From Octopus vulgaris (taxonomy: Eukaryota), in assembly GCA_951406725.2 (NCBI GenBank), contig OX597822.1, positions 50,964,001 to 51,028,000 on the forward strand: a stretch of DNA of 64,000 nt, in the 5' to 3' direction. Positions 1 to 13,795 of this stretch are shown here, one piece after another. Positions within the stretch are counted from its first letter, which is position 1; each line of letters starts with the position of its first letter. The notes under the pieces were generated by a model. It searched no databases, was not told where the DNA came from, and saw nothing but the letters and a program-made list of their open reading frames with translations. Made by a program: the position numbers and the translations under genes.

Positions 1-81
1 CAGTATTAGAACTATAGCTCTTTTATTTGAAATTATCTCTTCGTAATTGCCCTCATTTTCATAGTATTTTTCCGATGGCCG

Positions 82-142
82 GATAACTGAAGAGATGGCA
101 GCGTGGATTTGCACCTCGACATCCGAAACTCGGGGTTTTATC
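82..142 (+). ncRNA. Type I hammerhead ribozyme in a PLE-like 3' tail
   Basis: Stem I GATAA/TTATC; CTGAAGA 87-93; stem II GATG..CATC(C); GAAA 125-128; near-palindromic CTCGGGG; GUU triplet; followed by AATAAA and microsatellite. Confidence 0.65.
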
Positions 143-231
143 GCGACTACCGAATAAAATTACATTTACACACACACACACACATATATATATATACACA
201 CATATATATATACACACATATATATATACAT

Positions 232-294
<63 letters not shown>

Positions 295-705
295 GGTGTG
301 TGTATACTTGGGAATGGATGATTGTTCCTCCAACGTTCACCACCTTGCCTCGTTAAGGTTTAGCAGCCGTTACTGTCTGTTTTCTCTGTCCTATTTTGGG
401 TACCAACTTTGACCCTCCGCAAATTCCAAATTCTATCTTACTTTGCGAGACCAACTGTATTCTCGAAGACATATCTTGTTGTAATTACCCGAAATGCAGA
501 GTAGATAAACAGAGTAGATAAAGAGTTGTTCTTTATGTTACTGTCTTGTTTTCTATTTGGTACTTTCGTTGTTCGCAAGTACGTTCGTATTCCATGTTTT
601 CGCATTTCGTTTTTTTATGTTATGCATGTTTTTGACGTCTTGTACACATATATGCATATGTATATAGATATATGTAAGTGTGTAAATATATGTATGTATA
701 TATGC

Positions 706-736
<31 letters not shown>

Positions 737-789
737 CATACACACATATATATATATAATAAACCTACATCCACACATACATATCTATA

Positions 790-820
<31 letters not shown>

Positions 821-1703
821 GTAGGTCCCGGGTTGATTCGGGGTTAACCACAGTAAGTAAGGTACTCAATACATTGCAGAGTAAAATTAATTTATTATAT
901 AGAATGAGCTTCTACAGGACTAGTACTGTTTCATTCAAGAGAAATCTTCAGGAAGCTATTTAACAAGAATTGTATTAGCATTTATACATTTAGGCAGGTT
1001 TAAAGGAGTGGTGGTGGGGGACTTTTTTGGGGGTAGGCATAGCGCAAAATATCATACTTGGGGGAGTGGTCAAGGAGTCAGTGGTAAGTTAGATGAAAGA
1101 ATAGATAAATAAAAAAAAAAAAAAAAAAAAAAAAAAATAAAATAATAAAAATAAAAATAATAAAAAAATAAAAAAATAAAAAAAATAAAAAAATAAATAA
1201 ATAAAAAATATATATAAAAAATATATATATATAAAAAAAAAAAATATATATATATATAAAAAAAAGGGGGGATAGAGTTATAGGTAAATAAGGAGATTCT
1301 CACTTATACCTATACACATATGTATACGTATCTACACACATATATATACACACACATATATATATACATATATATATATATATACACATATACATATACA
1401 CGCATATACATACATATCTACATACACACATACATACACCCGCCCACATATACAAATTTATACACATGCACATGCAAATACCTGTCTACACATACACACA
1501 CGTATATATGCATACACTCACTCCCATGCATGCACGCATACACACATGTATATATATACCCACGACCACACATACATATATACACAGAAAAATATATATT
1601 CATACGCACATACACTCATGCACACACAACACACCTAGTTCCCTATATACACATATTTACACCTATATATACATATATATACATACACCCACATACACAT
1701 ATG

Positions 1704-1747
<44 letters not shown>

Positions 1748-1848
1748 CACGCATACATATATATACACATGTGTGCACATACATACATATACACACATAC
1801 ATACACATACACATACACATGTGTACCTATACATACCTACACATACAC

Positions 1849-1905
<57 letters not shown>

Positions 1906-1910
1906 CCAAT
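821..1910 (-). mobile_element. Naiad-like Penelope element 3' tail, inverted left arm of locus 1 (internally deleted)
   Basis: Reverse complement of ~4597-5621 and collinear with 27125-28150; contains an HHR; flanked by (TA)n. Confidence 0.85.
907..957 (-). ncRNA. Type I hammerhead ribozyme (Naiad-like family)
   Basis: Reverse complement of the motif at 5554-5604. Confidence 0.8.
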
Positions 1911-2360
1911 AGGTCACAGCAGGTATGTCCTCCTAGACATAGGTCACAGCAGGTCACAGCAGGTATGTCCTCCTAGACATACCTGCTGTGACCTATGCAT
2001 ATCAGAGAGCCTAGAGATCTTGTTCGCCAAAGGCCCTCTCCTTAACAAATTTTCAGAACACTCCCCAAATTGCATGCATAAGAAGTATGCGAACTACAAG
2101 AACTATAGACCTACCCGGCAACCTGATTGATGACAACCCCCCCCCCCTACAACCCCCCCAACCCCACTGTTCCCCTAGCACCCCCGATTACCTTTTCTCC
2201 TAAGACCTTTCACATATTGTATGTGCACGCTTGTATATGTGTATCGTATGTATGTATATATGTATAGAAATGCATGGGTACAGTAGGAATATACGCATGT
2301 ATTATGTGTGTGTGTGTGTATGTATGCATGTAAAAATATATATATGTATATATATTTGCA

Positions 2361-2397
<37 letters not shown>

Positions 2398-3036
2398 GCT
2401 TGTATGTGTGTGTGTGTGTATATATGTATATGTGTTTGTATGTATATGTGTATATACGTATATGCATATGTATGTGTAAATGTATGTGTTTATGTATGTG
2501 TATGTATGTATAAAATATTATATAATTAGGGCTTAGTAAAATAAAATAAATTACTTTGCCACATACTAAACTTTCTAGAAATAGCAGCCAATAAAGTTTT
2601 TTAGCCTCTTCCACTACTTAGAGAATTTTTTCCCTCTTACACTGTTTACTCAAAAAAAATAATAATGGTCCCTTTACATACTGAATACTTGGTGAAATTG
2701 ATTAATAACTAATTAACTTTACCCTCCCTTGTTGATATATATATATATATGTATATGTGTACATGTATGTATATATGTGTGTGTGTGTATGTGTGTATGT
2801 ATGTATTTGTATATGTGTGTGTGTATATGTATGTGTGCGCGTGTGTGTATGTATGTGTATGTATATTTGTATATGTATATGCATGTATATATATGTGCGT
2901 GTATATGTGTATTATGTATGTATTTATATAGATATGTAATTTATATATATATGTATGTATATGCATCTGTCTGTGTGTGTATGTGTATATATGTGTATCA
3001 TTATTGCGTATGTATACATGTATATGTGTATATGTA

Positions 3037-3105
<69 letters not shown>

Positions 3106-3190
3106 GTATGTACATGTATATATATGTGTGTGTATATATATATATGTTTATATGTGAGTATGTAGAGATATAAGTATATGCATGTGTATA

Positions 3191-3221
<31 letters not shown>

Positions 3222-3389
3222 TGTATGGGTATGTGTATCAGTGTATATGTATATATGTATGTGTGTGTGTATGTATATGTATGTATATGTGTATATATGT
3301 ATGTGTATATGTGTATATATGTGTATATATGTATATGTATGTATGTGTATGTGTATGTATGTGTATATGTGTATGTATGTGTATGTGTA

Positions 3390-3441
<52 letters not shown>

Positions 3442-3457
3442 TACGCGTGTGTGTATG

Positions 3458-3875
3458 TATGCATATATGTATGTATGCATGTATATGTGTATGTATATAT
3501 GTGTGTAAGTATGTGCATATATGTATATGTAAGTATGTGTGCGTGTATGAGTATGTATGTATGCTTGCACACGTGTATATATGTGTGTGTGTGTATATAT
3601 ATGGATGCGCGTGCGTGTGTGCACGTGTATGGGTACGCATGTATATGTGTATGTGCGTGTATGTGTATGTATGCATATATGTATGTATGCATGTATATGT
3701 GTATGTATATATGTGTGTAAGTGTGTGCATATATGTATATGTAAGTATGTGTGCGTGTATGAGTATGTATGTATGCTTGCACACGTGTATATATGTGTGT
3801 GTGTGTATATATATGGATGCACGTGCGTGTGTGCACGTGTATGGGTACGCATGTATATGTGTATGTGCGTGTATG
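3458..3875 (+). repeat. 212-bp internal tandem duplication inside the PLE tail
   Basis: Landmark ATGCTTGCACACGTG recurs with a 212-nt offset (ORF starts 3557/3769); the same duplication is in the 27-35 kb arms (33252/33464). Confidence 0.8.
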
Positions 3876-3928
3876 TGTATACGTGTATGTATGTATGTGT
3901 GTGCGTATATTTGTATATGTATGTGTGA

Positions 3929-3965
<37 letters not shown>

Positions 3966-4163
3966 TGGGGGTGTGTGTATGCGTATAAATGCATGTAAGT
4001 ATGGATGTATGGATGTATGTATGTATGTATACGTATGTATGTGTTTGTGTGTATATATATGTATGTGTGTGTATGTGTGTATATATATATATATATATAT
4101 GTGTGTATATATGTTTGTGTATGTATATATATGTGTATGTGTATGTATGTGTGTGTGTGTATG

Positions 4164-4196
<33 letters not shown>

Positions 4197-4600
4197 ATAT
4201 GTATATATAGGTATGTATCTGTATGTAGGAGTATATGTGTGTGTGTGTATGTATATGTGTATATATATATATATGTATATTTATTGGTGTATATGTATAG
4301 ACTAGCCTCCTAAAGTGTAGACACGAATCTGTAGGTACGAGTACGTATGTGTATATACGTGAACGTATGTAGATGTTTGTATGTATGAATATAACGCGTG
4401 CGTACGTGTATGTGTATGAGTGTACGAATGGGTGAATGTACGTGCTAATGAGTGTGCGTGCGGGAATGAGTACTTGCCTTCTAGTAGACAGACAAATGGA
4501 CATGCTGCCATAGCAAGGATCCTTAGCTCTAGCGATCAAAGATAACAAAAGTAATAAATGAAGATAATAAAATTAAAATTAGGGAATGGGCCTGTATTGG

Positions 4601-4653
<53 letters not shown>

Positions 4654-4754
4654 GTGTATGTGTAGGTATGTATAGGTACACATGTGTATGTGTATGTGTA
4701 TGTATGTGTGTATATGTATGTATGTGCACACATGTGTATATATATGTATGCGTG

Positions 4755-4798
<44 letters not shown>

Positions 4799-5107
4799 CA
4801 TATGTGTATGTGGGTGTATGTATATATATGTATATATAGGTGTAAATATGTGTATATAGGGAACTAGGTGTGTTGTGTGTGCATGAGTGTATGTGCGTAT
4901 GAATATATATTTTTCTGTGTATATATGTATGTGTGGTCGTGGGTATATATATACATGTGTGTATGCGTGCATGCATGGGAGTGAGTGTATGCATATATAC
5001 GTGTGTGTATGTGTAGACAGGTATTTGCATGTGCATGTGTATAAATTTGTATATGTGGGCGGGTGTATGTATGTGTGTATGTAGATATGTATGTATATGC
5101 GTGTATA

Positions 5108-5164
<57 letters not shown>

Positions 5165-5553
5165 ATATATATGTGTGTAGATACGTATACATATGTGTAT
5201 AGGTATAAGTGAGAATCTCCTTATTTACCTATAACTCTATCCCCCCTTTTTTTATATATATATATATTTTTTTATATATATATATTTTTTATATATATTT
5301 TTTATTTATTTATTTTTTTATTTTTTTTTTTTTTTTATTATTTTATTTTTTTATTTTTTTATTATTTTATTTTTTTATTTATTTTTTTATTTATTTTTTT
5401 ATTTATCTATTCTTTCATCTAACTTACCACTGACTCCTTGACCACTCCCCCAAGTATGATATTTTGCGCTATGCCTACCCCCAAAAAAGTCCCCCACCAC
5501 CACTCCTTTAAACCTGCCTAAATGTATAAATGCTAATACAATTCTTGTTAAAT

Positions 5554-5604
5554 AGCTTCCTGAAGATTTCTCTTGAATGAAACAGTACTAGTCCTGTAGA
5601 AGCT
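5554..5604 (+). ncRNA. Type I hammerhead ribozyme (Naiad-like family)
   Basis: Stem I AGCTTC/GAAGCT; CTGAAGA 5560-5566; stem II T-TTC-TCTT-GAA-T; GAAA 5579-5582; stem III CAG/CTG with palindromic ACTAGT in the loop; GUA triplet (cut after 5598). Confidence 0.8.
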
Positions 5605-5619
5605 CCTTCTATATAATAA

Positions 5620-5675
<56 letters not shown>

Positions 5676-5774
5676 AAAACTATTACTTTAATTATAGCCT
5701 TTATACGCTAGGCCACTTGGTGTCTTCAATTGATGTTATTAATTAATATTCAATTTTTTTCACCCTCATTGTGA

Positions 5775-5826
<52 letters not shown>

Positions 5827-5979
5827 GCTTGATAATACATGACCCACGTTGAATTCCTCATCTGTATCATTATTGAACCGCGAGTTTAACTATGATCTGT
5901 TCATAGCACTTACTCAGCGTTAGCTGACATCTTTAGGTTTTCTTAACACCAATAACTCTCATACACTATGTGTATATAT

Positions 5980-6013
<34 letters not shown>

Positions 6014-7526
6014 ATGTGTGTGTATATATATATGTGTGTATATATATATGTGTGTATATATATGTCTGTATATATATATATGTGTGTATATAAATATATG
6101 TATATATATATGTGTGTATATATATATGTGTGTATATATATATGTGTGTATATATATATGTGTGTATATATATATATGTATATATATATATATGTGTGTA
6201 TATATATATATATGTATATATATGTGTGTATATATATATATGTATATATAAATATATATATAAATGTATGTATATATACACGTGTGTGTGTTTTCTGAAG
6301 TTATTTAAACTGCATCTTTTAGCTTTAGTGTAGATCTCATTTCTAACACGCATCACTGTATTAGCTATGATTTAATTAGCATGTTACGGAAGGAAGTCCA
6401 AGCACAAACCCTCACTGCCTTGTGAGTGGGGAGTCAACCTATATGTTTAAAGAAAAACATATGTTAATGGTTCTAAGAAATGTAATTTATGCTTAGTAGG
6501 AATATCTCATATTTTTCTTAGCTCTAATAATTCCAACACAATGCTTACTTCTAATCTGAAATTATTAGCAGATTGACAGGTTTCTTTTAGCGAATTAGAA
6601 GACACCACCTGCTCCGGATTGACTTACTGTCTTGCAGATTTCGAGCTATATCCTGTTAGTTTGTTTTATAAATACCAGTTTTATTCAGTGTGTTCTCGGC
6701 AATCATTGATAATGAATATTTTAGTTTATTTTTTTTATTTCGCTGCATTTTTCTCTTTCCCTTCTGGCACCAAACTTCTTCGCGGTTTTATCACGTTTTC
6801 TCACCGTATAAGGCCCTTGTACTTTAACATATTTATCAAGGACAAACAGAACCTAAAGCATTTGTTTGAGATGCATCACGTATTTTATAGACATGCCTGT
6901 TGAAATAGCATAGAAGAGTGAAACTATTAGTATAGATTGTATACTTATGTACGAATGCATGTATGTATAATTATTATATATATGTATAATTATTATAGAA
7001 TAAACTCCTGCATATAGGGACTAAAATATATATGTATATAGAGTTTTGAGAGTATACCGACTCGTAAATTCATTTTAGAGATATATGTAATCTACTTTTC
7101 AAGTTATGAAACGCAAGTAAATGGAATGTACGCTGCTTCGTATTGCCACAAATTTCTGATAATGGAATAAGATAGAGACTCAAGACGAAATTATAATTTA
7201 GATTATACTGCTTCAACTCTCCCTCTTTCCCACTTCTACCCTGACCAGAGAGAGTGTGTGTATGTGTGTGTGTAATCATAATGTGAATGTAAGTCGTCTG
7301 TGTGACTCACTCAACACACAATATATATATACATTTCCACACATATCTATAAGTATGTATGCATATATATATATATATATATACATACACACTTATGCAC
7401 ATATATGTATGGATATACATATATGTGTGTGCAAATATATATATATATATATATACACATATAAGCATGTCTATAAATATATATACGTATATGTGTATAT
7501 ATATATATATATGTATACATACATAA

Positions 7527-7559
<33 letters not shown>

Positions 7560-7592
7560 TACGCAGACATACATATGCACAGATATACGTGT

Positions 7593-7890
7593 GTACATAG
7601 ATAAGAATTCATATTTGATCTTGAAAAATTATAATAATACTCATCAGTGCAGAGAGAAACTACTAATAGGAACATTATAAGAGCTGTGAATTTGGATATA
7701 TGAATTTCAGTTTGTGGACAGGATTCCCATCACTATCACACGAAGATAGGAACAGACAAATCTGAACTCATACATGCAACTTTTTTAAGTTTCTAGTAAT
7801 ATTTTCACTTGATACTGACGAGTACTATGATAATTTTTCAAATTCAAACTATGAATTTATATGTATGTACGAAACAATTGTATGCATGAG
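7593..7890. repeat. Old fold-back duplication of an HHR-bearing tail
   Basis: Reverse complement of 7593-7718 (…TGCA-CTGATGA-GTATTATTATAATTTTTCAAG…) aligns with 7755-7870 (…CTGACGA-GTACTATGATAATTTTTCAAA…). Confidence 0.65.
7810..7886 (+). ncRNA. Type I hammerhead ribozyme, stem I eroded
   Basis: CTGACGA 7815-7821; stem II GTAC/GTAC enclosing AAATTCA/TGAATTT; GAAA 7871-7874; palindrome CAATTG; GUA. The inverted copy retains the TGCA of stem I. Confidence 0.65.
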
Positions 7891-8165
7891 CAAAGTTTTT
7901 ACAACTTGTTGACGTCTTCTTTTCTACATTTTTGAAAAATATGATTGGATTTGTATAACTTCATATTCCATAAATTAATCATACGCTTAGTATTCTTATG
8001 AAAAAAAAAATATATATCAAGATACCGTGTAAATATCTACAGCCTTTGTATGTATACATGTTTACAAAGTAAACAAATTTTCATTAGACACATGAAAACA
8101 TTGGCTTAATTTGATACATCTTAACATATATCATGGAAACTTTATCTGTGGTTATCTAAGTCATA

Positions 8166-8206
<41 letters not shown>

Positions 8207-9119
8207 GTGTGTGTGTGTGTGTGTGTGTTGAGAAGTATCTTGTGTGCGCCTGTACGTTCATCTTAATATGTATGCCGAAATATACTATGTATGTATACTA
8301 CGTATGTATGTGTGTGCGTATGTGAGTGAGTGAGTGCGTGCTCGCGTGAGTGTGTGTGTGTGGAGGGGCAGGTGCGTGCTCTTCAGTGTGTGTGTGTATT
8401 TACATATATATGCAGGTGTGATAATTGAGGAGGAACTCTTTATAGATTGTGTTCAATATTTTGTTTTGTTTTTGGTATGTAATATATCATTGCTGATTTA
8501 TGTTGCAATTATCTTTATATATTTACTTTCAAATTTAATTATAAATGAAGTGAGAAATATAGTGATTTATATTGCGACTGAAATGGATACAATAATGAAA
8601 ACGTACCTAATCCACACGTGTTCTGACTTTAACTTCTCTATCCACTCTCTATTCCTTACAAAATATATCTATTGTTATCCAAAATGAATACAGAAATTAC
8701 ATTTGGGTAAATAACAGAAACTACCAATGTGTGCGTGCGTGTGCCTGTGTGCGCGTGTGCGTGTGTGTGCGCGTGTGTGTGCGTGCACGTATGCGCTCGC
8801 TCGGCGAAGATTATTTTAATGAAAGTTTAGTTTAAGCACTTCATTTCAATTTTCCCAAATTCGGATTGTTTATTGACCCTTCCTGCTTTGGTCTTGCTGA
8901 GCAATGTTTCATTTCCGCCTCACTCTCCACAGCAATAATCAACTTGCCAATAATTTAAATTGCCGTATTTAGTCTCACTTTATATATATTCTTTTTTTTC
9001 TACTGTGTTGTAAGTAGATTACGATATTTTATATTCTGCCACGATTTCTTTGTTTCTTATAGTGAATGTGTATGAGAGTTATTTGCTTTATTGACAGAAA
9101 TATATATATATATATATAT

Positions 9120-9275
9120 TTCTTTTATTTGTTTTAGCCATTTTAATGCGGCCATTCTTGAGCACCGACTTTAGTCAAACTAATTTACTCAAGGACTTAT
9201 TATTCCTTAGGATTGTACATATTCTATAGGATATTTTTCCCCGAAACTCTAAATGGCAGAGACGTAAACACATAC

Positions 9276-9355
<80 letters not shown>

Positions 9356-9460
9356 CGAAAGAAGATAGGCGAAAGACACTTGCACAAGTGCCACGCAGTG
9401 GGGTGAACCCAGAAGCAATTGGTTTGAAAGCAAGCTCCTTAACATACAGCCATTCCTGTG
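9120..9460 (-). mobile_element. tRNA-derived SINE (octopus-type), interrupted by microsatellite
   Basis: tRNA-like head on minus at 9375-9460 (…GGTTCACCCCACTGCGTGGCACTTGTGCAAGTGTC); 3' tail at 9120-9270; related copies at 48040-48270 and 63450-63720. Confidence 0.7.
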
Positions 9461-9464
9461 TGTG

Positions 9465-9514
<50 letters not shown>

Positions 9515-9525
9515 CATACATATAA

Positions 9526-9574
<49 letters not shown>

Positions 9575-9614
9575 TGTATGTATGTATGTATGTATGTATG
9601 TATGTATGTGTGTA

Positions 9615-9810
9615 TAGACGCCATGATAGACCTTTACCCATTACACACATTTTTTCTCTCCTTGTTTTTTCCGTGTCCCTTTCTAAAGAAGAGCGTAGAC
9701 TCGAAACGTAAAAGACTTTTTCTATTCCTGAGCGTTATACTAATACATCTGTTTGTTTGGTTCACCACCTGTCTTCGTCTTTTGTTTTTTTTGTAAACTC
9801 TCCCTATATG
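9615..9810 (+). mobile_element. PLE-like 3' tail with minimal hammerhead-like motif (9679-9714)
   Basis: CTTT-CTAAAGA-A-GAGC-GTAG-ACTC-GAAACGTA-AAAG; homologous to 23305-23505 (-) and 63240-63390. Confidence 0.55.
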
Positions 9811-9814
9811 TATG

Positions 9815-9864
<50 letters not shown>

Positions 9865-9972
9865 CCTGCTCGCTTAGCCAGCGGGGTGGCGTCATTCGAA
9901 GGCTAAAACAATGCGAACGCATTGTGACCAGCGATGTGTAACAAAATATGATGGTCTGGTCGATCACGTGAT

Positions 9973-10036
<64 letters not shown>

Positions 10037-12948
10037 TTTTTTTTTCCAGTTCCAGCTCAGAGCTGCGGCCATGCTTATGCACCATCGTTTTGTGCTACAC
10101 TGTTATTACGACGAACCTCGTCTAATATGTGGCACTTGGTGAGTTTGATATAGCTACTCTCAATTGCACCTCTTGCCGTGAGGTAGGTTCATCTGGGACT
10201 CTTGACAGGAAGATGTCCAGCTTTGATTTAAAATCCGCTACATCTACTTTGTGCAAGTTCCTCAGACTCTTTGGGAGAATATTAAAAAGTTGTGGGCCCT
10301 TCAAACCCAGGCTGTTGAAAAGCCGGTCCTGAAGCGTGATGGCATTGCTGGGATCTTTGGCACTATGCAGTGTCGTCCCGTTCTAGCATTGGTGTAGCTT
10401 ACAATGCCAAACTTTGGCACAATTCCTTCCAGGACCTTCCAGACATATATTACTGCATACCTCTCCCGTCTTCTCTCCAGGGAGTAGAGTCTTAGCTGTT
10501 TCAACCTTTCCCAATAGCTGAGCTGTTGCAAAGAGACGATCTTCTTTGTGAATCTTCTCTGGATTGCTTCAAGGTCCGCTGTTAATTTTACACTGGTGGG
10601 TGACCATAGCTGTGAGCAGTAATCCAGGCGGCTGAGGACAAATGTCCGCCAGAGGACCATCATGGTTTCCTTATCTCTGGTTCTGAATGTTCTTAGGATC
10701 CACCCAGCCAGTTGTCTGCACTTTGTCGACATCCTGGTAATGTGCACTTGGAAAGAGGTATCATCACGCATGTCGATACCCAGGTCCCTCACAGACTGGG
10801 ATTGAAATTCCCTGCGGACCGGTGTATCCTGTAAGTTTAATATTCACTTTTGGATGCTGGTAGCGCAGGGCCTGGAATTTTTCAGCATTAAACTGCATAT
10901 TATTATCCTCAGCCCATCTGTAGATTGCGTCCAACTCCTGCTGCAGGTGTGCAGCATCGCTAGGGTTCTGTATTTTTGCGAGACTTTCGTATCGTCTGCA
11001 TAGCTGGCCAGAGTAGCTTACGGGCATTTGAGGGCATATCTGAGAGGGCCACTATAAGAAGCAGTGGTCCCAAGACACTGCCGTGTGGAACACCGCTCAC
11101 TATTTGTGTGTTCATAGAGGTGGCTCCATTAACCACTACTGCCTGACTCCTATCTTTCAGGAAGTCATGCAACCACACTCCAAGTTTTCCAGCTATGCAA
11201 GGGTCGCGCAGTTGGTGGCATATCATACCATGATCCACCTTGTCAAAAGCTTTTGCAACATCAAGGTAGATTCCGTCCACATTTGATTTGTTGAGTAACT
11301 GTCTCAACACCCAGTCATAATGTTGTAAGAGCTGGGTCAGGCAGCTCCTACCTAGTCGAAAACCATGCTGGGTATCACTCAGCAAGTTATTTTCCTCAAG
11401 GAATGCGATTAGTTTCTTTCTGACTATCCGTTCCATGATTTTGCTGATGTGTGAAGTCAGAGAGATAGGCCTAAACATTTTGGAATCTGCTCTACTTCCC
11501 CCTTTACGTATTGGGCATATTATTCCCTCCTTCAGCTTGCTTGGCAGTTTGCCATTCGCAAGAAAGCTCTGGAAGAGAATCTTGAGGGGTTTTGCCAGGG
11601 CATGATTACACGCTTTGAGTAGGATGGCTGGGAAACCATCTGGACCAGCAGCTGAGTTTGTGTCCACTTCATCTATGGTTAGTAGGACATCTTTTTCGCT
11701 AATGTCAATACATTCTATTCTAACCGCCTCGCTGGTTCCAACGGGGTGGTAAATACCCTTTTGAACTGGTCATTCAGCATCTCACTGATCTTAGTTGGAC
11801 TGTCTGTGAATGAGCCATCCTTTTGGAGGAGGGGTCCTATCTTGTAGTGCACCGAGACTGTTTCTTTCGCGTAATGAAAGAAGGCCTTTGGGTTTGACTT
11901 AATGTTTTTTATAACCCAGGCTTCTTTGTCTGCTTTCTCCTTCACATAGGATTGTTGAAGCCTTTTTTCGAACTCCACCAGTGTTGTTTTTAGGCGGGAC
12001 GTTTCGCTTCTTTTGAGATGTTCATTGGGACGATTTGCAACTTTCGTCCGTTGTCTCATGAGGATCTTCCTGTCTCTTGGAATCTTCCTCCTATTTGTTT
12101 TGGCCTTGTGCTCTGGGACATATTTCTGGCATACGGCTTGCACAGAGGTCATGAAACATTCTAGTTTCATGTCAATGTCTTGTGTGGAGAGAAATTCCGG
12201 CCAGTCCTCTCTGAGGATCTCTTTTTGGATTGAATACCAATCTGCTTTGTAGAAGTTCAGATTGGAGAGATTTCAGGTGCTTCCTTTAGGCTGTATGTCT
12301 CTGGTTACTTTTGGCCCAAACATAGACAGCTCTATTACGTTGTGATACGAAACTGATGTCGGTGTCACTTTCACATCATGAATGATGTCCATATTGTTCG
12401 TGAAGCAGAGATCTAGAATGTTATTCGCCCTAGTTGGGTTGAGTACAAGTTGCTCCATGAATAAGGCATTGGTGAGGTTGAGCAGGAACTCCACGTGTAC
12501 TTGCTTGCAATGATTAATTCCTGAGAGTATGTGACCTTCGGGCCATTTGACGTTGGGAAGTTGAAATCACCCATAAGAAATATGGTCACGTGGTGTTCCA
12601 GATTCATGTGGATTTCTTTAATTCTTGTGAGGCAATCTTCAAACTTGCCTATGTGGTTTGAGGCATCCGGTGGGTAATATTGCATATGACTATATTATGT
12701 TGCCTTATGTATACAATTAAAGTGTCACATACCGAATTTGAGTATGTCATTAAACTCTGGGGTGTGAGGTCATCTTGGATATATACAGCAACTCCACCAT
12801 GACTCTTTTTCCCTTCTGTCTGTTCGCAGTATGGCATAGTTTGGTATGTGTACCTCTGCGTCCTCTATATCAGGGTTGAGGTGAGTTTCCACAAGTTCTA
12901 TGCATAGGGCTTGATTGGAAGCAGTAAGATCTCTCAGGAAAGAAATTT
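10037..12948 (-). mobile_element. CR1-type LINE (AP endonuclease + reverse transcriptase), frameshifted, 5'-truncated
   Basis: ETHL, GGVAVY, MGDFNFP, PTRANNILDL (APE); AAGPDG, RPISLTS, QHGFR, AKAFDKV, GVPHGSVLGPLL (RT); YSLERRRERY C-terminus; A-rich 3' end at ~10037. Confidence 0.92.
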
Positions 12949-12957
12949 ATATATATA

Positions 12958-13021
<64 letters not shown>

Positions 13022-13033
13022 TATATGTATATA

Positions 13034-13087
<54 letters not shown>

Positions 13088-13106
13088 GTGCGTGTGTGTA
13101 TATATA

Positions 13107-13415
13107 CAGGGTTTGGACTATATAACAGAAACACCTAGCATCATAGTTTCATATCTGTAAGACCGTTAATATCTTGTTTACTTTTATATTTTTTGATTTA
13201 TCATTAATGTTACTTAATATATTTTGCTAAAGCTGCTTTTTTTTCAGATGTCATCAAAAAAGGTAATTAAAATTAATTAAAATTACAGATCTATCGGACT
13301 TTCAAAGAGGTGAAATTGTTGGCGCTTGTATGACAGGCGCTAGCGTAAAGAAAACAGCCAAATGTTTGCTGTATCAAGAAGTACTGTCTCGAAAGTAATG
13401 ACAGCCTTTGAGAAT
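13107..13415 (+). mobile_element. Tc1-like transposon 5' fragment
   Basis: TA|CAGGGTTTGGAC terminus; HTH-like DLSDFQRGEIVGACMTGASVKKTAK. Confidence 0.7.
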
Positions 13416-13533
13416 GAATTTGAACTCAGGACTTAGCGGTAGACAGAATGTTGCTAAACATTTCGCCTGGCGAGCTACCGATTCTGCCAGCTCGCCGCCT
13501 TCATTACTCCTCCTCCTCCTCCTCCTCCTCCTA

Positions 13534-13590
<57 letters not shown>

Positions 13591-13591
13591 G

Positions 13592-13625
<34 letters not shown>

Positions 13626-13795
13626 AATAATCCTTTCTACTATAGGCACAAGACCTAACATATTCTGTTAATTTATCGACTCCTAGGGGATGAAAGGCAA
13701 AGTCAAGTTCAGCGGAATTTGAACTCAGAATAAAGTGACGCGCGAAATGCCGCTAAGCATTTCGTCCAGCGTGCTAACAATTCTGCCACCTCGCT
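13416..13795 (-). mobile_element. Two tRNA-derived SINE copies (Meta-domain type) separated by a (CTC)n(CTA)n(TAA)n run
   Basis: Heads GGCGGCGAGCTGGCAGAATC…GAGTTCAAATTC on minus; GCCTTTCATCC motif in the 13635-13795 copy. Confidence 0.75.

Larger units (their letters stand above)
1976..5621 (+). mobile_element. 5'-truncated Naiad-like Penelope element: GIY-YIG C-terminus plus ~3.5-kb microsatellite-mosaic tail with HHR
   Basis: Encodes [36 protein letters not shown] to the stop at 2130; collinear with 31650-35302. Confidence 0.85.

Noticed and set aside
2709-5192. Long Y/I/H/T- or C/V/M/Y-rich ORFs (also 27551-30104, 32371-34879 and many others)
   Set aside because: These are translations of (TA)/(CA)/(TG) mosaics that lack stop codons; there is no protein signal.
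13248-13262. Apparent micro-exon (TTTTCAG|ATGTCATCAAAAAAG|GTAATT)
   Set aside because: It lies inside the 5' region of a Tc1 fragment, and there is no supporting host gene.
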